Shown here: one piece after another, positions 28,789 through 38,830 of the stretch
Layout of the letters: each line of letters opens with the position of its first letter
Position numbering within the stretch: position 1 is the stretch's first letter
Translations under genes and position numbers: made by a program
NCBI GenBank assembly: GCA_043719495.1
Contig: JAYSTT010000250.1
Coordinates: 1 to 47,691, forward strand
DNA: 47,691 nt
Source of the DNA: Ferruginibacter sp.
Lineage (GTDB): Bacteria > Bacteroidota > Bacteroidia > Chitinophagales > Chitinophagaceae
Direction: 5' to 3'
Notes under the pieces: model-generated
What the model saw: only the letters and a program-made list of their open reading frames with translations
The model's database searches: none
Told to the model about the DNA's origin: nothing

Positions 28789-30102
28789 TTACTGCTGAAA
28801 ATATCTTTTAATTGTACTGTCAGACAAATTTCTAATTTTTGGTGAATAGCAAATCCCAACATTTATCCAAATGATGATATAATACATACTAAAACTTGTA
28901 ACAATTCTGGGATATGTGTAAAATACCCACAATAACATAAAAATTGCCGATCCCTTGCACAATATATTGGATGACTTAAAGAGCCCCTTATAAATAGCGG
29001 GAAAAATAATAATACCTAACAAGATAATATTAACCCAACCCCCATTTAATATAATTTGCAAATAACCTGTTTCAATCACTTTTCTTTGAAAAGTAATATT
29101 GGTTGGATCATCAATTACCGTTTCACAATAATATGTACCATTAAACCCCTTACCAAAAACCCATTCTATGGGTTTCATATCAGCTTTCATTGCCAACTCA
29201 ACACCAGTTCTTGTATCATCATCGGCACGTTGCTGAAGATTATTAAACATAGAAGGCAACTTAATATTAGACATAGAAAGGCTTATAAAAAGTGCAAAAA
29301 ATACTGAGAGAAAAATAATCAAAGTAGTTCTTTTTGTATATATGAGATATACCATTAAAATGCCTAGTAATGTGGTAACGCTCATAAGCAATGCGCCTCT
29401 CCTGGCTCGGTAGATCACTAAATACAGGCTAATAAACATGACTGCAAATGAAAACAACTTTTTTGGATTAGTCAGGTAAATATATGTGACCAGGGTATAA
29501 GTAAGCGGATAAGCTAAATAAAGAAAAAAAGTATCCGCATCATATTGTGCTTCCCAGTTTCTCCAATCGGGTGTCATTAGAATTTCAATGAAAATGCTGA
29601 AGAAATAAATAAACATCACACCGTAAATGAAAAGAAAGGAAAACAATCTTTTATACAACTGTAATTTTCTGGGAAACAAAATTACCAGCGGAACCAGATA
29701 TGTAAAAATGTTATAAATGGGGTCAAATAAAATAGATTTTATATAGTTAAAATCAGACTTCAGCCCTCTTATTACTGTTATTACCCCATAAATAAGAATA
29801 ATTTTAAAAACAGTTTCTAAATATTTATCATCGAATTTTAACTTGATTAATCCAATTGCGCCGGTAACTAATAAGACTAAACCTACAAGTTGTATTCCCT
29901 GTAAAGTAGTTGCCTCAATCGCTTTAACGGCACTCATCGTAGGTATGTAACCCATTGTATAAATAATTATCCCATAACCAAAAAAATTAATGTTTCTAAG
30001 TTCCGTTTTTGTCAGGTCAAAATCATTTGATATAGCAGCAATTTTATTGTTGCTTCTGGCTTTTAATATACTTGCTTTTTTGAATTTTATTTTTGTGATC
30101 AA
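28789..30102 (-). CDS. wzy: Putative Wzy polysaccharide polymerase (TTG start; exact start uncertain)
   Basis: About 11 TMs, RARRG after a TM, a loop with FGKG, IETGYL. Lies between wzx and the GTs. Confidence 0.7.
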   Translation of the reverse strand: MITKIKFKKASILKARSNNKIAAISNDFDLTKTELRNINFFGYGIIIYTMGYIPTMSAVKAIEATTLQGIQLVGLVLLVTGAIGLIKLKFDDKYLETVFKIILIYGVITVIRGLKSDFNYIKSILFDPIYNIFTYLVPLVILFPRKLQLYKRLFSFLFIYGVMFIYFFSIFIEILMTPDWRNWEAQYDADTFFLYLAYPLTYTLVTYIYLTNPKKLFSFAVMFISLYLVIYRARRGALLMSVTTLLGILMVYLIYTKRTTLIIFLSVFFALFISLSMSNIKLPSMFNNLQQRADDDTRTGVELAMKADMKPIEWVFGKGFNGTYYCETVIDDPTNITFQRKVIETGYLQIILNGGWVNIILLGIIIFPAIYKGLFKSSNILCKGSAIFMLLWVFYTYPRIVTSFSMYYIIIWINVGICYSPKIRNLSDSTIKRYFQQ

Positions 30103-30179
30103 AACTATTTTTTAAATCTACCCCCTTGACAGGATCTTATTTTGAATTAATAATCGAATTGCGAAGAGTCCATAACAGG

Positions 30180-30977
30180 TTATCTATAAAAACATCCAGG
30201 CAATATAATATCAGGTTTATTTAATACGTTTTTTTTATCCAGTTCATGTGGAAAGGAACTACTAAATGACTTATGACTTATTCTATCTTTTCTTATAAAT
30301 GTAAATTCCAACAATGGGGGAATTTCAAATCCTTTATGAGCCACATTTTTATAAAAATTATTAGGGTGAATATGAACGATCTCAAAATCTTTCAACAACT
30401 TATAAAAGCAAGATGAAATCAATTCAAATCCAATCGGGTCAAATAAACTTTCCAAATTATGGAATTCCACTATTATGATCCTGAATCTTTTTAAAACTTC
30501 GCTTGGTGTTTCAATTAAAACACTATATTCTCCACCTTCTATATCCATTTGCAATATCATTTCGTTATCCCCGGCTATAGCATTTTTTTGTATCCAATGC
30601 TCAAGATTAATAAAGTTGGGTTGATTTTCAAATCCAATAAAAATTTTTTCGAATGAAAAGAACTCATTGGTAATGGGTGCTTTCTCCACCGAGAAATCTG
30701 CCAGGTAAGATTTTATTCCCCTCCCTGCCAGTTCATTTTCAAAGTGTGCTGCAAAATTAACACCTGGTGAAAAGCAGGTTTGCATGCCGTTTAAATCATC
30801 GGGTACCAGATATCCGCCATCTTCATCACCACCCATCCTGATCAATTTATGATTAGATGTTACCGGCCGTATTTTATTAAAAAAGAATTTTAATTTTTCC
30901 TTGTTGGTAGTCCTTGAAACAAAAAAGTTTAATCTCAGCAATAAGTTTTTAAAAAAGTCTATCAAAGCGTCTCTCAT
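30180..30977 (-). CDS. FkbM-like/Methyltransf_22 methyltransferase
   Basis: RMGGDEDGGY, FSPGV, LQMDIEGGEY, IIVEFH, HIHPNN. Confidence 0.78.
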   Translation of the reverse strand: MRDALIDFFKNLLLRLNFFVSRTTNKEKLKFFFNKIRPVTSNHKLIRMGGDEDGGYLVPDDLNGMQTCFSPGVNFAAHFENELAGRGIKSYLADFSVEKAPITNEFFSFEKIFIGFENQPNFINLEHWIQKNAIAGDNEMILQMDIEGGEYSVLIETPSEVLKRFRIIIVEFHNLESLFDPIGFELISSCFYKLLKDFEIVHIHPNNFYKNVAHKGFEIPPLLEFTFIRKDRISHKSFSSSFPHELDKKNVLNKPDIILPGCFYR

Positions 30978-31048
30978 TTTTAAATTTTTATTTTATCTAC
31001 GAAAAAATTAAGGTAAAACAGGTTGTTCGTTAATGCCAAAACTGAAAA

Positions 31049-32437
31049 TTATTTATACCAAATTTTAGCTTTGGATTTTTTATAAAAAATTTTATAATAT
31101 TGGATTGGTGCAATTGTATATCCAAATATATTTGAAATAATAGCAGAAATTAATACAGATTGTACACCGAAATGAAACCTTTTAATTAATAAAATTGACA
31201 ATGCCAAAAAACCAATGGAAGTGAAAATGATCATCACAAACTGGATATGGATTGCACTTATTCCGTTAAGTACAAAAACAAAGATGTTTGCAAATATTGC
31301 GGTGCAAAAAAAGATTAAACACAACAGAGAAACATTAAACTCAATATGTACTGTGTTTTTTCCAAGCCAAAGCTCGTACACTTTGTTAGAGAATATGAGC
31401 ATCACAATCCCTGTTAATACAAAAGGGATGAGGATTAAAAGATATTTTTTTACTGCATTTTTTATCCAGTCAAAATCGCCGGTGTTATAGGCATAAGTCA
31501 CTCCACTCCAAAAAGGACTCAGCAAAATCAAAAAGCCCATCTGCAGTGTAAAGAAATACCTGTAAGCAATATTATAAGAGGTAACTTCTGTGGTATTAAA
31601 GTACCTGGCTATCAAAAACATACTCGATTCAAACTGAACAATAACGGCAATTTGAAGTACAAAAAACTTCAGCCCTATTTTCATAATATCCTTTGCATAT
31701 TCCTTTTTTACAAATTGTAAAGCCGGTTTATATGTTTTAAATTTACCGTTAAAAAACCAAATATTTGCCCCCACCAAAACAAGTGTTGGAGCGATTCCCG
31801 ATGCCAGTCCTAAGTACAATAACGACCCCTGGGTTAGTTTTGTAAGTGTAAAAATTAATGCTAGTGAAAACAGTTGCCCCAGCATTTCAAGTAATGAAGC
31901 CTTGGCTGGTTGCTGGTCTGCTATCAAAATAGTATTGATGAGCCTGAAAATAAATTGTGAACAGAAATAAGTGAATATAATTATAGCTAACCTGGACACC
32001 TGCTGTTCCATCTCAGTGGGCAGGTTCAGTAAACTGTGCCAGCTTATAAACTGGTTAACAAACAATAAAAGCAGCCATAGCACAAAAAAAATGATGCCGA
32101 TATAATAATAAGCAGTGCTGATATATACCTTGGCAACTTCTATATCCCCCTTTGCTTTGGCTTCTGCAAATTTATTTCTGAGGCCATGTGTAAACCCAAT
32201 GTCAAAAAAAGAAATCCATGCAATCATAGAGCTGAGTGTAAGCCATATTCCATATTGCGAGGGGTTAATGTAGTTAATAGTAAGCGGCACTGCTATCAAT
32301 CCTATTGCAATACTTACACCCTTAATAATTATCGAGCTGAGAATATTTTTTTTAGCTTCCAGGCTCCTTTCGTGACCCTTGGTAAAAAAATTTTTTGCAT
32401 ATTGCCAGGTATATCCAATAATTTTTTTAATAGACAT
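31049..32437 (-). CDS. wzx: Wzx oligosaccharide flippase (MOP superfamily)
   Basis: About 12 TMs, YGIWLTL, FDIG...GLRN. Confidence 0.85.
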   Translation of the reverse strand: MSIKKIIGYTWQYAKNFFTKGHERSLEAKKNILSSIIIKGVSIAIGLIAVPLTINYINPSQYGIWLTLSSMIAWISFFDIGFTHGLRNKFAEAKAKGDIEVAKVYISTAYYYIGIIFFVLWLLLLFVNQFISWHSLLNLPTEMEQQVSRLAIIIFTYFCSQFIFRLINTILIADQQPAKASLLEMLGQLFSLALIFTLTKLTQGSLLYLGLASGIAPTLVLVGANIWFFNGKFKTYKPALQFVKKEYAKDIMKIGLKFFVLQIAVIVQFESSMFLIARYFNTTEVTSYNIAYRYFFTLQMGFLILLSPFWSGVTYAYNTGDFDWIKNAVKKYLLILIPFVLTGIVMLIFSNKVYELWLGKNTVHIEFNVSLLCLIFFCTAIFANIFVFVLNGISAIHIQFVMIIFTSIGFLALSILLIKRFHFGVQSVLISAIISNIFGYTIAPIQYYKIFYKKSKAKIWYK

Positions 32438-32573
32438 TAGTTTCAGTGTTTTTCAAGAATAGCATTCCTGAAGAGGCAAACATATTAACATGGGCTACTT
32501 ACTTAATCCTCAGTATCGAGAAAAATCGTTGTGCTGGCACTAAGATTTTACTTGTAAAGTGAGTTAGTTTTGA

Positions 32574-33644
32574 TTAATACTTTTTTTGAATAATCTTCAG
32601 GTCATTTTCCACCATTTCCTTAACCAGGCCTACCAAGTCGTATTTAGGTGTCCACCCAAGTCTTTCTTTTGCTTTAGTACTATCTCCAATCAATAATTCC
32701 ACTTCTGTTGGGCGGAAATATGCGGAATCCACTGCTACCACTTCTTTACCTATCGGAAGTTGATAAGCCGGATTATTACATGCTGCAACAGTTGCACTTT
32801 CCTCTACTCCTTCGCCTGTAAAATTTAACTGGACGCCTACTTCATTAAAAGCAAGTTTGATAAAATCTCTAACACTGGTAGTAATACCAGTTGAAATAAC
32901 AAAATCTTCTGGTTTATTTTGTTGTAGGATCAGCCACATGGCTTCCACATAATCTTTTGCATGCCCCCAATCCCTCTGTGCATTGAGATTCCCTAAATAT
33001 AAAGTATTTTGCAATCCATTGGCAATGGCAGCAACTGCCATTGTAATTTTTCTTGTAACAAAAGTCTCTCCACGCAATGGACTTTCATGATTAAATAAAA
33101 TACCATTACATGCAAACATACCATATGCTTCACGATAGTTCACCACTATCCAGTAAGCGTATAATTTAGCAACGGCATAAGGACTTCTTGGATAAAACGG
33201 GGTAGTTTCTCTTTGTGGAACTTCCTGAACCAAACCATACAATTCCGAAGTTGAAGCCTGATAAATACGTGTCTTTTTTTCCATACCTAAAATACGTAAT
33301 GCTTCCATTAATCGCAAAGTTCCAATTCCATCCGCATTTGCAGTATATTCAGGTGTATCAAAACTTACTTTTACATGGCTCATTGCCGCAAGGTTATATA
33401 TTTCATCAGGCTGTGTTTCCTGTATGATGCGTATAAGGTTAGTACTGTCCGTCATATCACCATAATGCATGATAAACATTTGTTTATATTCATGCCTGTC
33501 CTGATACAGATGATCAATACGGTGGGTATTTATTAAGGATGACCTTCGTTTTATACCATGTACTTTATATCCCTTTTCTAAAAGCAATTCAGCAAGGTAA
33601 GCACCGTCTTGTCCGGTTACACCAGTAATTAATGCAGTCTTCAT
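32574..33644 (-). CDS. gmd: GDP-mannose 4,6-dehydratase
   Basis: [42 protein letters not shown]. Confidence 0.97.
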   Translation of the reverse strand: MKTALITGVTGQDGAYLAELLLEKGYKVHGIKRRSSLINTHRIDHLYQDRHEYKQMFIMHYGDMTDSTNLIRIIQETQPDEIYNLAAMSHVKVSFDTPEYTANADGIGTLRLMEALRILGMEKKTRIYQASTSELYGLVQEVPQRETTPFYPRSPYAVAKLYAYWIVVNYREAYGMFACNGILFNHESPLRGETFVTRKITMAVAAIANGLQNTLYLGNLNAQRDWGHAKDYVEAMWLILQQNKPEDFVISTGITTSVRDFIKLAFNEVGVQLNFTGEGVEESATVAACNNPAYQLPIGKEVVAVDSAYFRPTEVELLIGDSTKAKERLGWTPKYDLVGLVKEMVENDLKIIQKKY

Positions 33645-33679
33645 TTCTTGTGTTTATAATATAATTGGAATTTGCTGTA

Positions 33680-34630
33680 TTAGCAGGTAACTGAAGATAG
33701 TTGTCGTTTGGTCAAAAAATCCTGATAAGCTTTTTCTAATCCTTCTTTAAGGCCCGTTTTATGATGCCATCCTAATGTATGTATTTTGGATACGTCTAAT
33801 AATTTACGAGGGGTGCCATCAGGCTTCGATGTATCAAATACTAAATCTCCTTCATAATTTGTAACTTTTTTAATTAACTCCGACAGCTCTTTAATGCTAA
33901 TATCTTCTCCACAACCAATATTAATAATTTCTTTATCGTTGTAATTTTCCATTGAAAAAAGGCAAGCGTCTGCTAAATCATCTGCATATAAAAATTCTCT
34001 TCTGGGATTTCCGGAACCCCATATTATCACCTCTTTTAAACCCAACAGCTTAGCTTCATGAAACCTTCGGATTAATGCAGGAAGAACATGTGAATTTTGT
34101 GGATGATAATTATCATTTATACCATAAAGATTGGTAGGCATAAGACTAATATAGTTAGCCCCATATTGCTCCCTGTAACTTTCACATAATTTAATACCGG
34201 CAATTTTTGCAATGGCATAAGGCTCATTTGTATATTCCAATGCTCCCGATAAAAGATATTCTTCCTTAATGGGTTGTGGTGCCATTTTTGGGTAAATGCA
34301 AGAACTGCCTAAAAAAAGTAACTTACTTACATTGTTATTAAAAGCAGCATGTACAATATTGGCCACTATTAAAAGGTTATCATACAAAAAATCGGCACGA
34401 TATGTATTATTGGCAACTATACCGCCAACTTTGCCTGCAGAGAGAAATACAAATTTTGGCTTTTCCTGAGTAAAAAAAAATTCAACGGCAGCCTGATTAC
34501 GTAAATCCAGTTCTTGTGAAGTTTTATATACCAGATTAGTAAATCCTTTTTTTTCTAAAATTCTTACTATTGCCGAACCAACTAATCCCTTATGTCCAGC
34601 TATATAAATTTTATCTGTTGCTTTCATCAT
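33680..34630 (-). CDS. fcl: GDP-L-fucose synthase
   Basis: [49 protein letters not shown]. Confidence 0.96.
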   Translation of the reverse strand: MMKATDKIYIAGHKGLVGSAIVRILEKKGFTNLVYKTSQELDLRNQAAVEFFFTQEKPKFVFLSAGKVGGIVANNTYRADFLYDNLLIVANIVHAAFNNNVSKLLFLGSSCIYPKMAPQPIKEEYLLSGALEYTNEPYAIAKIAGIKLCESYREQYGANYISLMPTNLYGINDNYHPQNSHVLPALIRRFHEAKLLGLKEVIIWGSGNPRREFLYADDLADACLFSMENYNDKEIINIGCGEDISIKELSELIKKVTNYEGDLVFDTSKPDGTPRKLLDVSKIHTLGWHHKTGLKEGLEKAYQDFLTKRQLSSVTC

Positions 34631-35160
34631 GACTGTGCAAAAATATAATCTTGTGCTTTTTGTTCCCTTCCAAAAAAGTTATCGCCCTTAACTTCAGCAA
34701 TCATTGCAAAACCTAACGATGGAAGATTTACTTTTATTGTTTTATTTTTAACTGCAACCAGATTTCCCTCAATTTCATAAGCAGAACGATACATACTTAT
34801 TTCAGAAACATTACTGCTAACAGCTAATTTTTCTAATTTAATATCCCGGTAATCGGCGGAAAACTCCCTAATGCTGTTTATTTCAGCTTCGGTAATAACA
34901 GCTGGCTTACCAAGCCAATGTAAAAGACTAATAACACCTTCCATATTTTTAAGTAAAGTTAGCGCCTGCTCTGTAGCCTTTACAAAAACATAGGATTTAA
35001 ACAAGGGTTTGTTTACTACTTTTTGCCTCCAGGATTTTTGCACATCTGTACAAATAACTGGGGCAAAGTTTTCAATTTTCTTTTTTGTTAATAAACCTGC
35101 AACCTTTTTTTCAGATTGCGGCTTGGTGTAAACGACATACCAATTTTTCTGCATAACCAT
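34627..35160 (-). CDS. upxY: UpxY family (NusG/RfaH-like) transcription antiterminator
   Basis: [21 protein letters not shown] (NGN domain); heads the biosynthetic genes. Confidence 0.88.
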   Translation of the reverse strand: MVMQKNWYVVYTKPQSEKKVAGLLTKKKIENFAPVICTDVQKSWRQKVVNKPLFKSYVFVKATEQALTLLKNMEGVISLLHWLGKPAVITEAEINSIREFSADYRDIKLEKLAVSSNVSEISMYRSAYEIEGNLVAVKNKTIKVNLPSLGFAMIAEVKGDNFFGREQKAQDYIFAQS

Positions 35161-35182
35161 TTTTTTGAAATTAGAAATGTGC

Positions 35183-35270
35183 AGTTAATCAGATAATGGA
35201 GAGGCTAGTTAGTCAGATACTTGGAAGCTGGTAGTTAATTTAGATAGTTGGAACGGTAATTAAAAGGATA
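35183..35270. repeat. Three to four degenerate 24-26 bp tandem repeats in the upxY leader
   Basis: agttaatcagataatggagaggct / agttagtcagatacttggaagctggt / agttaatttagatagttggaacggt / partial aattaaaaggata. Confidence 0.6.
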
Positions 35271-35278
35271 TAGAGAAT

Positions 35279-35309
35279 CAAATATAGTACTTAATTATGG
35301 CTTCGCCAA
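35279..35309 (-). promoter_or_regulatory. Putative Bacteroidota sigma-A promoter upstream of upxY
   Basis: On the minus strand TTG (35309-35307), 20 nt spacer, TATATTTG (35286-35279). Matches the -33/-7 (TAnnTTTG) consensus. Confidence 0.55.
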
Positions 35310-35372
35310 TCTCAGTCACAGTTTAATATGAATAAGTTAAGTTATTTTTCATTTGAATTGGATATTTTTTTA

Positions 35373-37718
35373 TTAAGATGCTTTTTTTGTTTTTCTACCT
35401 CTTTCCTTGTTACCATATACATAATCATAGCCATAGCCATAATTGCTTTTAAAAACTCCTTTTGTTTTAACACCGTTAAATATAATGGCTGGATTATTTA
35501 ACGGGTTAATTTGATTATTTTCATCCAATCGATTAACCAGCATTTTAGGAGTATAATTGTGCCTGATAACATATAAAGTGGCGTCGCACAATTCTGATAA
35601 AATATAAGCGTCAGTTACTAATACTATAGGAGATGTATCAATAATAACCATGTCAAAATGGCTTTCTAAATAATCAATTAATGATTTTACCTTTCCCCCA
35701 GCCAAAAGCTCTGAAGGATTTTCAGGCAAGCTACCTGCAGAAATAAAATACAGGTTTTCCTGTGTGTCAACTTTATTAATAATCTGCTCAGCTGTTTTTT
35801 CGCCCGTCAAAAATTCTGTTACGCCATTTTCATAATTAACATTCAATGTTTTTGAAAGTGTTGGATTATTTAAATCCATATCCACCAAAACTACTTTTTT
35901 TCCGGTAAGTGAAATACTTATGCCAAGGTTGGCAGCAATAAAACTTTTTCCTTCGCCAGATATACTGGAAGTAAGCAATAATTTTTTATGTGAGGCGTCT
36001 ATACCCAAAAACGATAAGGAAATCCTCAGTTTTCTAAACTCTTCTGCTATGAAGCTTCTGGTGCCTTTTTCAATTACCAACGGCGAGTCTGTCTTTTCAT
36101 ATGCTATTTCCCCTATAACAGGAATGGAAGTCATTTTTTCAATCTCACTACGGTACATAATTTTACCGGTTAAAAAATCCTTAGCTATTATCACTCCAGC
36201 AAATAAACCAATACCACTAACAAGTGCCATTAAATAAATCATCTTCGCTTTAGGGCTTACCGGATTTTTTTCAGCCAAAGCAGTATCAATTACTTTACTT
36301 CCTGAAGAAATGGAAGCAAGTTTTAATTCAGCATCCTGCTTCTGTTGCAACAAGGTCTGATATAAATTGTTTTTACTTTGCTGATGTCGGCTGATATCCA
36401 TCAGGTTACGCTCTTTAACAGGGTAGGAACTTAATTTGGATGTAAACCCACTGCTGGTAGCACTTAAGCTTCGCCTGGTTACGTCAATACTGGACAGCTG
36501 GCTTCTTATATTAGTTAAGATATCTGGTTTTAATTTATTGATCTGGTTTTCAATTGCAAGTAATTTGGGATTTTTTTCTCCAACTGTTTTCTTTAACCTA
36601 TCATATTCCTGTTGCTGCGTATACAACTGGCTGGTAAGAGTGCTTAGGTTAGGATCGGTAATGCCAAACGTAGATGGTACTAAAGCACTGCCCTGATTTT
36701 CATTCGCTTTGCTGGTGGCATATTTTTCAATCTGGTTAAGTACAGCAGCCTGATTGTTTAATTCGCCTAATCGTTGATCAATTACAGCGGCATTCTGTAT
36801 TAAAATATGGCTTTGTTCTGGGATATTTATGGCATTAGTGCCAGATCTGAAGTTTTGTATTTTTTTCTCTATAGAATCTATATCATTACCTAAAATAGCC
36901 AACTGTTCATTGATGAATATAAGCGCATTTTTTGATAAATTATTTTTATCCTCTACCGATTTTTTCTCGTAAATATCCAGCAGGGTATTTAAAATAATTT
37001 CCGCTCTTTGTGGGATTTGATCTTTATAACTCAAATCTACCAGGGCCGAAACCCCGCCAAATACACTTAAATTTGTTGACAGTACAACAGCAACTTTTCT
37101 GGGTTCATACAAAGAAAAGAAAAGCTGCTTGTCATTTTCAAACGAAGGGCTATAATTTTTATTAACAGAAAACCTTAATGTGCCATAAGCGGTATTTACC
37201 ATTTGATTGAGCGGATATTTATCTTTATTGGCCAAAGTTACAGTTGAATCATTTTTGTTATAATAAAAATCAACTTCATTTACCTCTTTAATAGAGTCAG
37301 GATTTTTAGCCTCTACAATTATTGGCGAAATTTGATAAGCATCCCCAGATTTTACTTTTCCTTTCTGTGATAGAGGGGCATAAAGTCCCAGTCTTTTTAC
37401 CACTTCTTCCATCAATGATCTTGATTGAAGTACCCTTATTTCATTGTCGCTATTTTTCTTTGATTCAAAAAAACTTACTGACTGTAAAGTTTGCCCATCA
37501 TCACTACCCTTTCTGTTATCCTTAATTAACAAAGATGCATGAGCTGCATACACCGGAGTGGTGTACCTTAAAAAAATATAAGCCCCAACCAGTGAAAGAA
37601 AAACAAAAACTATAAGCAATGGCCAGTAAGGCAAAAATTTTGAAATTAATTGCTGAATAGAATTCGTTTCTTTCTTTTCGACTTCATTGCCACTATATTG
37701 ATCGTTTATTTGTCTCAC
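35373..37718 (-). CDS. wzc: Wzc polysaccharide co-polymerase / BY-kinase (GTG start)
   Basis: Two TMs flanking a coiled coil; Walker A SISGEGKS, Walker B IIDTSP, tyrosine cluster NYGYGYDYVYG. Confidence 0.93.
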   Translation of the reverse strand: MRQINDQYSGNEVEKKETNSIQQLISKFLPYWPLLIVFVFLSLVGAYIFLRYTTPVYAAHASLLIKDNRKGSDDGQTLQSVSFFESKKNSDNEIRVLQSRSLMEEVVKRLGLYAPLSQKGKVKSGDAYQISPIIVEAKNPDSIKEVNEVDFYYNKNDSTVTLANKDKYPLNQMVNTAYGTLRFSVNKNYSPSFENDKQLFFSLYEPRKVAVVLSTNLSVFGGVSALVDLSYKDQIPQRAEIILNTLLDIYEKKSVEDKNNLSKNALIFINEQLAILGNDIDSIEKKIQNFRSGTNAINIPEQSHILIQNAAVIDQRLGELNNQAAVLNQIEKYATSKANENQGSALVPSTFGITDPNLSTLTSQLYTQQQEYDRLKKTVGEKNPKLLAIENQINKLKPDILTNIRSQLSSIDVTRRSLSATSSGFTSKLSSYPVKERNLMDISRHQQSKNNLYQTLLQQKQDAELKLASISSGSKVIDTALAEKNPVSPKAKMIYLMALVSGIGLFAGVIIAKDFLTGKIMYRSEIEKMTSIPVIGEIAYEKTDSPLVIEKGTRSFIAEEFRKLRISLSFLGIDASHKKLLLTSSISGEGKSFIAANLGISISLTGKKVVLVDMDLNNPTLSKTLNVNYENGVTEFLTGEKTAEQIINKVDTQENLYFISAGSLPENPSELLAGGKVKSLIDYLESHFDMVIIDTSPIVLVTDAYILSELCDATLYVIRHNYTPKMLVNRLDENNQINPLNNPAIIFNGVKTKGVFKSNYGYGYDYVYGNKERGRKTKKAS

Positions 37719-37737
37719 TTGAAATTACAGTTTTGTA

Positions 37738-38526
37738 TTACCTAATTACTCTGTCAAAAATTATGAAAAAGAAAGATAGGCCGGTTAATAGGATGGGCAA
37801 TATTTGTTGTGTCCTTCCAGTCATTGCAACTCTGGCTTTATTTGGTCCGACGTAAATCACATCGTTAGGCTTTAAATAGAAATATTCTGAATTAAGAAAA
37901 TCACTTGAATTAAGATTAATGTGCCTGGTTTTTCTAACCCCATCTTCTTCTCTAATTAATAAAACATTATCTTTTTTCCCGTATATTGATATATCGCCTA
38001 CTAAGCTCAATGCTTTAATTAGAGAAATTTTTTCGTTGGGTACGTTTATCACTCCCGGAGCAGTAACTTCACCTAAAACAGTAATCTCAAAATTAAGATA
38101 CCGAATATCCACCAATGGTTCGATTAATAATTTTTTCGAAATTATAGAGTTGGTTATTTTTTCTTTCAATTCTTTTTTTGTTAAGCCTGCCGCCATTATT
38201 TTTCCTAAAACAGGCATTTCAATATACCCCTCAAGATTAATAAGGTATCCTACAAATTGTTGGCCTCTTGTTCTTCCGGTACCACCATTCAAATTAGCAT
38301 CGTCCCTTACAAATGGATTAAATATTTCAGAAGCTTCGGCACTCAAACTGCTTATCGCTATACTAATAAAATCATTTGACTGCAATGGAGCTTCAATTGT
38401 GCCAATCATCTTCCTATATGTAGTATCCTTTGCATTTTGAAAATATGCAATTTTATTTGAAGTGGTGCAGGATGCACAAAATAGTATACAAACCAATGAA
38501 GTTAATAAAAGAAACCTAGTTCCCAT
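37738..38526 (-). CDS. wza: Wza/OPX polysaccharide export lipoprotein
   Basis: Lipobox-like CASC; polysaccharide export motif G.IEMPVLG...AAGLT; VLGEV..PG; YLKPNDVIYV. Confidence 0.9.
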   Translation of the reverse strand: MGTRFLLLTSLVCILFCASCTTSNKIAYFQNAKDTTYRKMIGTIEAPLQSNDFISIAISSLSAEASEIFNPFVRDDANLNGGTGRTRGQQFVGYLINLEGYIEMPVLGKIMAAGLTKKELKEKITNSIISKKLLIEPLVDIRYLNFEITVLGEVTAPGVINVPNEKISLIKALSLVGDISIYGKKDNVLLIREEDGVRKTRHINLNSSDFLNSEYFYLKPNDVIYVGPNKARVAMTGRTQQILPILLTGLSFFFIIFDRVIR

Positions 38527-38549
38527 ATTGCGTGATTTAGGGTTTAAAG

Positions 38550-38561
38550 CAAATATATTTG
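38550..38561 (-). promoter_or_regulatory. Candidate -7 promoter element for wza (perfect 12-bp palindrome CAAATATATTTG)
   Basis: TATATTTG about 24 nt upstream of the wza ATG. The nearest TTTG is 25 nt away, longer than the consensus spacing. Confidence 0.4.
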
Positions 38562-38830
38562 TCTTTGGGACGTGGTTTTACACAAAATATTGAATGAGAG
38601 TGGCTTTAGCACGGATTAAGAATCTCAATTAAAGGTAAGCTGATTGACTATCGTTAGTCTAAATCAGATTGTAAAAATACTACAAAAAAAATAAAATCAA
38701 AATAAAATTATTATTACCTCCATTTTTTATCTTATATTAAATAAATGCATAATTTTAAATTTCAATTGCTTCTGATAGAAGCTTTCGTAGTTAAAGCGTT
38801 TAATTGTACTTTTAGCTAATAACTAAAATT

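Noticed and set aside
35183-35270. CRISPR array
   Set aside because: The units are contiguous and degenerate, with no unique spacers and no cas genes.
38768-38782. Short palindrome GCTTCT-GAT-AGAAGC upstream of the M28 peptidase
   Set aside because: The 6-bp arms are within chance expectation and there is no supporting context.
38527-38830. Invertible promoter of the Bacteroides CPS type
   Set aside because: No long inverted repeats flank the promoter and no recombinase gene is in the window.
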